Source: Reclinomonas americana ATCC 50394 (Eukaryota). Taken from it: DNA of 64,000 nt. The position numbers and the translations under genes were made by a program. The notes under the pieces were generated by a model. The model did not search any database. It was not told the origin of the DNA and saw only the letters and a program-made list of their open reading frames with translations. Numbering within the stretch: position 1 is the stretch's first letter; each line of letters opens with the position of its first letter. This document shows, one piece after another, positions 60,204 through 64,000 of this stretch. The stretch lies in contig PS015009.1 of the NCBI GenBank assembly GCA_048213135.1, positions 1,488,001-1,552,000 of the forward strand, given 5' to 3'.

Positions 60204-60310
60204 TTCCAATAATTCCAATGATTCCAATCATTCCGGTTTCCCGTAACGGGTTATTCCGGTTATGCAGTAATTTTCCTGAACTATTCCATTAATTCTATTT
60301 GTTCTATATC
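60204..60310 (+). promoter_or_regulatory. 9-bp-period TTCCAAT repeats, fourth TACGG-like box and -7 element
   Basis: TTCCAAT at 60204/60213/60222; TCCGGTTTCCCGTA 60232-60245, 22 bp, TAATTTTC 60268-60275. Confidence 0.6.
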
Positions 60311-60329
60311 TTGATTGATATAAATACTA

Positions 60330-61308
60330 ATGTTATTTCTATTTAAAGACTACACGGACCTGGTACTAAAAGCTTATGAAGAAAGACGGGATGCCAACCA
60401 GCTTTCTCAATTGCTGATGTACCCAACAACTGCTAATATTAAGCTGGAGTGCATTAATGTTTATAATGAAAGATTTAAAAGAGGAGAACCGGTAGAGGAG
60501 AATACCCTGAGAGCATTTTTTGGTATACTGCCAGAGGGAAAGCATTTCGGCAACCTTATCGAAAAATGCAGCCCGGATAGGTTCAGGCCTATTCAAAACC
60601 TGATCCGGAAGGAAACAAAAAGTCCGGCTTCTGCTAATGTGGAATTACTGGCCTGGTTAATTGATTTTAACCCCAGGCCACTAAGTCGCGCCGAAAAAAT
60701 ATTTGGAAGTACTGATGAAATCGCCGATGCTGACGACCAGGTGCCGGATACGAACCAACCCCCGGTGCTGACAAAGCCGGTATATCTTGAAGCAGGCAAA
60801 ACCCTGGTTCCCGGTATTGAAAATCCCCAAAAACCCTCTCCGAAAAGTCAAGGGAAAAATTTAGAGAACAAGAGATTGAAAATAGCTGCTGCCATTAGTT
60901 TGATGATGGCAATTTTTTTTTGGAGGAATGTATATCAGGAAGCACCAAAAATCTGATGAAATGGCTTTTGGAACATCAAATGCACAATGTATGTATTGGG
61001 CAGGCGATCACTACGAACCCACACCCTGCAACGACAAAGGAAAAGGGTTCCTGTTTCCGCTGGACAAAGAAAAGATGAAGAGTTTTAAAAAGATCACACG
61101 CAAAGACACCATAACGGAATGGTCTATCGGGAAACTATACTACATAAAAAACAATAATGATATTGAGTGCTATACAGAAGGGGGTATTTGTCCTGAATAT
61201 TCTTCCCGGAAATTGAAGATGCTTTCACGTGATATGTATGACAAATACCTGCGTAAAGGAACTCCGGGCAAGGACTCTATAGCTGGAAAAAGCAAAAAGG
61301 TTGAATAG
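60330..61308 (+). pseudogene. Single membrane-anchored protein split by a T9 frameshift (or assembly error)
   Basis: Removing one T at 60913-60921 joins ...AISLMMAIFF to GGMYIRKH...CMYWAGDHYEPTPC: soluble N-domain, TM, Cys-containing C-domain. Confidence 0.7.
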
Positions 61309-61601
61309 CAGATAAACGACCTGTTAGGATGAGGGGTTATGTGAAACTACCCTCCATTGCATGGCCCGGGATTATCACTTTATATGAAGCCGGATGACGT
61401 ATAGACGCTCTCGCGAATCATAGCACACGCCTGTTATTTAGCACATGAGGGCTAATGTTTTCAGGCACACAATATCGTAATAGCGCCCACCTCATCGGGT
61501 AACCGGTTAGCTATTTGCACAATCGGGTTAATGAAAACCCGTAAAAAAACGGTAGTAAAGTCACCAAACCTGCCTTTCATTTGTCTACCTAAACCAACAA
61601 C

Positions 61602-62339
61602 ATGAAGCGATTACTCCTTTTCCTTTTCCCTGTCTTTTTCGCGGAAACGGCCCGGGCGCAGCCTGATACCGCGTTTATTCAAACCTTTACCTCTCTGGAA
61701 GTTCCGCAGGCTTATCATGGTGAATTGATGTACCTGCAGACAGACGGCACCGTCACTAAAAAAAATGCGGATGAAGTAAAACATGATAAAACCTACCTCG
61801 GCTCCTTTCCCGGGCTGGTATCGTCTGTTACTATTTACCAGGTCAATAATGAAGGAGGGCTGACCCTGCTGGGAAATTCCTTATCGGCCAAGGGTTCAAA
61901 ATATATCGTCATTTACGATTACACGCAAACACAGACTATTGAACTGAAAGATGTGGCCAATGCCAATTACCACGCACTCATTGGTGTGAGTGTACGCATG
62001 GTGGCAAGAGTCAACACCAAAAGTGCAAAGATCAATATTGCCAACCTGTACGGACTGGGCATCGCCGCCAGCAGGGATAAAGTTAACGGCTCCCTTGAAG
62101 TAAGGGTGAACGGTATCAACTCCCAGAAAGTCAATGAACTCATTCCCGTAACCGCTGACCTGTCACAGGCTTCTATTGGTACAGCGCTTCAATCCGTAGC
62201 CATGATCAAATCCCATATTTACGATGCGGAAACCGTAATTACACCCCAGTTCCTGGCATGGAGTATTGTGCGGGGGCAGAACAGCCAGAAGCCTGATGTA
62301 AAAGAGCTCTCGGATAAAGTAAGAAGCTTTAAGTTTTAA
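61602..62339 (+). CDS. Secreted hypothetical protein
   Basis: Signal peptide, clean 245-aa ORF. Confidence 0.7.
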   Translation: MKRLLLFLFPVFFAETARAQPDTAFIQTFTSLEVPQAYHGELMYLQTDGTVTKKNADEVKHDKTYLGSFPGLVSSVTIYQVNNEGGLTLLGNSLSAKGSKYIVIYDYTQTQTIELKDVANANYHALIGVSVRMVARVNTKSAKINIANLYGLGIAASRDKVNGSLEVRVNGINSQKVNELIPVTADLSQASIGTALQSVAMIKSHIYDAETVITPQFLAWSIVRGQNSQKPDVKELSDKVRSFKF

Positions 62340-62566
62340 GAAGAAGGTTTTCGGCTGAAAGCCGGAACACAGCTATTTACCGGCAATGTTTTATATTTGC
62401 TATTCGCCCTCATAGGGTGTTTAGGTTTAGGGCTAAAAAAGCCGATGTCCTCCTGTTTCCACAGGAGGGCATTTTTTTAATAGCAGATTCAGCGAAAGTT
62501 CCGCGTTATTTTGGACACATTATATTTTTTCATATCTTGAGTTGATCCTAATCTAAACAACCCTTT

Positions 62567-63088
62567 ATGAAAATTCATTTCCTTCTCTTTGCGCTGTCAG
62601 CCATTCTGATATTAAATGCCTGTTCCAAAAGCGACGACTCCGGCGGAACTGCCAGCGGTAATAATCCATGGGATGGTAAGTATCGTATTGAAGGCACCAT
62701 GACCGATGCGGTAGAACCTACCTATACCTGGGCCGGTAATATTTATGAGTATACACTGGAAACCACTTCGTCCACCCAGGTAAAAGTGATCTCAAAAAAC
62801 CTCGGCATACCCGGTCACCTGATCCTGGTAGGGAGTTCCCTGTCTTATTATTCCCAGTTCGGGCTCATTGTAAACTGGGACCCTTCCACCAATAAGATCA
62901 CCAGTATTACCAATTCTTATGGCCAGCCTTCTCCTAACGGCAGGTCTGCTGTACTCGATCCCTCAGGCGTGAATACCTGGGATCCGGTGACTAAGAACAT
63001 CAAAATAAAATACTGGCTGGACCAGACCGGCGTTACCGGTCACCGCACGTCATTTGACGAGACCTGGGTGTATATCGGTGCGAGGTGA
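62567..63088 (+). CDS. Hypothetical lipoprotein
   Basis: Lipobox LNAC, NPWDGKY, beta-rich body. Confidence 0.7.
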   Translation: MKIHFLLFALSAILILNACSKSDDSGGTASGNNPWDGKYRIEGTMTDAVEPTYTWAGNIYEYTLETTSSTQVKVISKNLGIPGHLILVGSSLSYYSQFGLIVNWDPSTNKITSITNSYGQPSPNGRSAVLDPSGVNTWDPVTKNIKIKYWLDQTGVTGHRTSFDETWVYIGAR

Positions 63089-63496
63089 TGCGTTAAACGG
63101 ATATACATTTCCTCAATTGTTTGCCGGAAGAATGAAACAATACAAAGCCAACTTTGATACAGGAAAATGCCGGTGAAGCCATTCAAACCGGGTGTATTTA
63201 TAATAAATGGCTGTTCCGCTATTGTGAATCATTTAATTATATACTTACCAATAGCAAACATCCGGCAGCGGAGAGGGAAATCATCAATAAATGAACCCGT
63301 TGCCACAGGGAAATTTTTTTAGTCATTAATATGTTAAAAGCCCTCTCGGGCATTTTCAATACAGGAAATAATACTTAATTTATAGAGGAATATTTTACTG
63401 CCAACAGGCCGGGATCCGGGTTGGCGGATAAGATATACTGTACCTGCCCTGTTAAAACGATTTAGATAACAAACCAACAACACACAAAAAACTACT

Positions 63497-64000
63497 ATGA
63501 TGAGAAAAGTTCTACTCTTCTTTATCGCTTTGTCGTTGTTTGTTGTGGCCTCAGCCCAGCAAAATGATGACGCTAAAGCCGTACAGCTGGTGAATGCCAA
63601 CAGCGCAGTCATCGGCCTTTCCAAAGACCAGCTCAGCAATTACAAAGTCAGCGCTACCTATTACAATGCCATAGCCGGTACACAAATGGTATACCTGCTG
63701 CAAACGTACAAGGGTGTGCCGGTATATAACCAGATGCTGGTGCTGGCATTCAAAAGCGGGAAACTCGTTTCTAACCAGGGCGCTTTCATCCCGTCTTTTG
63801 AAACAAAGATCAGTTCGCCATCCGCAACACCATCACTGGTGGCGGCATCTGCGGTAAGGGCCGCGTTTACAGAAGCCGGACTGGCTTCGCCCGGTAATGC
63901 TTTTGCAAAAAGCGTTTCGGAGAATGGCCGCAAAATCGACTTCGGTGTATTAAAAGGCGTGAATGAAAAAGTAACCGCCGAACTGATGTGGGTGCCTGTG
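63497..64000 (+). CDS. Secreted metallopeptidase precursor with FTP propeptide (M36/M4-like), partial
   Basis: Not in ORF track; MMRKVLLFFIALSLF...MVYLLQTYKGVPVYNQML; open to window end, catalytic domain not visible. Confidence 0.65.
   Translation, partial: MMRKVLLFFIALSLFVVASAQQNDDAKAVQLVNANSAVIGLSKDQLSNYKVSATYYNAIAGTQMVYLLQTYKGVPVYNQMLVLAFKSGKLVSNQGAFIPSFETKISSPSATPSLVAASAVRAAFTEAGLASPGNAFAKSVSENGRKIDFGVLKGVNEKVTAELMWVPV

Larger units (their letters stand above)
27324..61400. mobile_element. tRNA-Asn-anchored genomic island (composite, no integrase in window; right end approximate)
   Basis: Shift to AT-richer sequence right after the tRNA, tRNA remnants, pseudogenes, defence genes; core-like composition resumes near 61.6 kb. 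Confidence 0.65.

Noticed and set aside
60204-60235. Possible CRISPR array
   Set aside because: Only 9-bp units with no spacers and no cas genes; no CRISPR array seen anywhere in the window.
27324-61400. Prophage or conjugative element
   Set aside because: No integrase, structural, replication, relaxase or tra genes detected in the window.
61538-61554. CCCGTAAAAAAACGG as a fifth TACGG box
   Set aside because: Half-sites are in the opposite arrangement and the downstream -7 match is poor.

Overview
Bacteroidota (Chitinophagaceae-like) chromosomal window in three parts. (1) 1-18.2 kb: an ECF sigma/FecR-controlled SusC/SusD polysaccharide utilisation locus with two GH144-like glucanases, an esterase, a GH43 and two GH3s, most consistent with beta-1,2-glucan use. 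(2) 18.2-27.3 kb: core genes (HAD phosphatase, rimP-nusA-infB, surA-like PPIase, hflX, Rieske protein) ending in tRNA-Asn(GTT). (3) About 27.3-61.4 kb: a mostly AT-richer accessory island starting at the tRNA, with no integrase visible. It holds cargo genes separated by degenerate tRNA-Asn copies; a stress cluster (Hsp20, L,D-transpeptidase, pfkB, Usp, OsmC) under tandem CRP/FNR-like boxes; a defence hotspot (HNH Lamassu/ABC-3C, a four-TIR plus DUF4071 cluster, an HsdR_N-TerB operon, a thermonuclease); and an unannotated 53-aa poly-Pro peptide gene heading a TPR histidine kinase and response regulator, divergent from a membrane-anchored protein. A palindrome TACGG-N4-CCGTA lies exactly 22 bp upstream of the -7 promoter element at four island promoters, suggesting an island-wide regulon that may be run by this peptide/two-component module. 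All family calls come from motif recognition by eye, not database searches.
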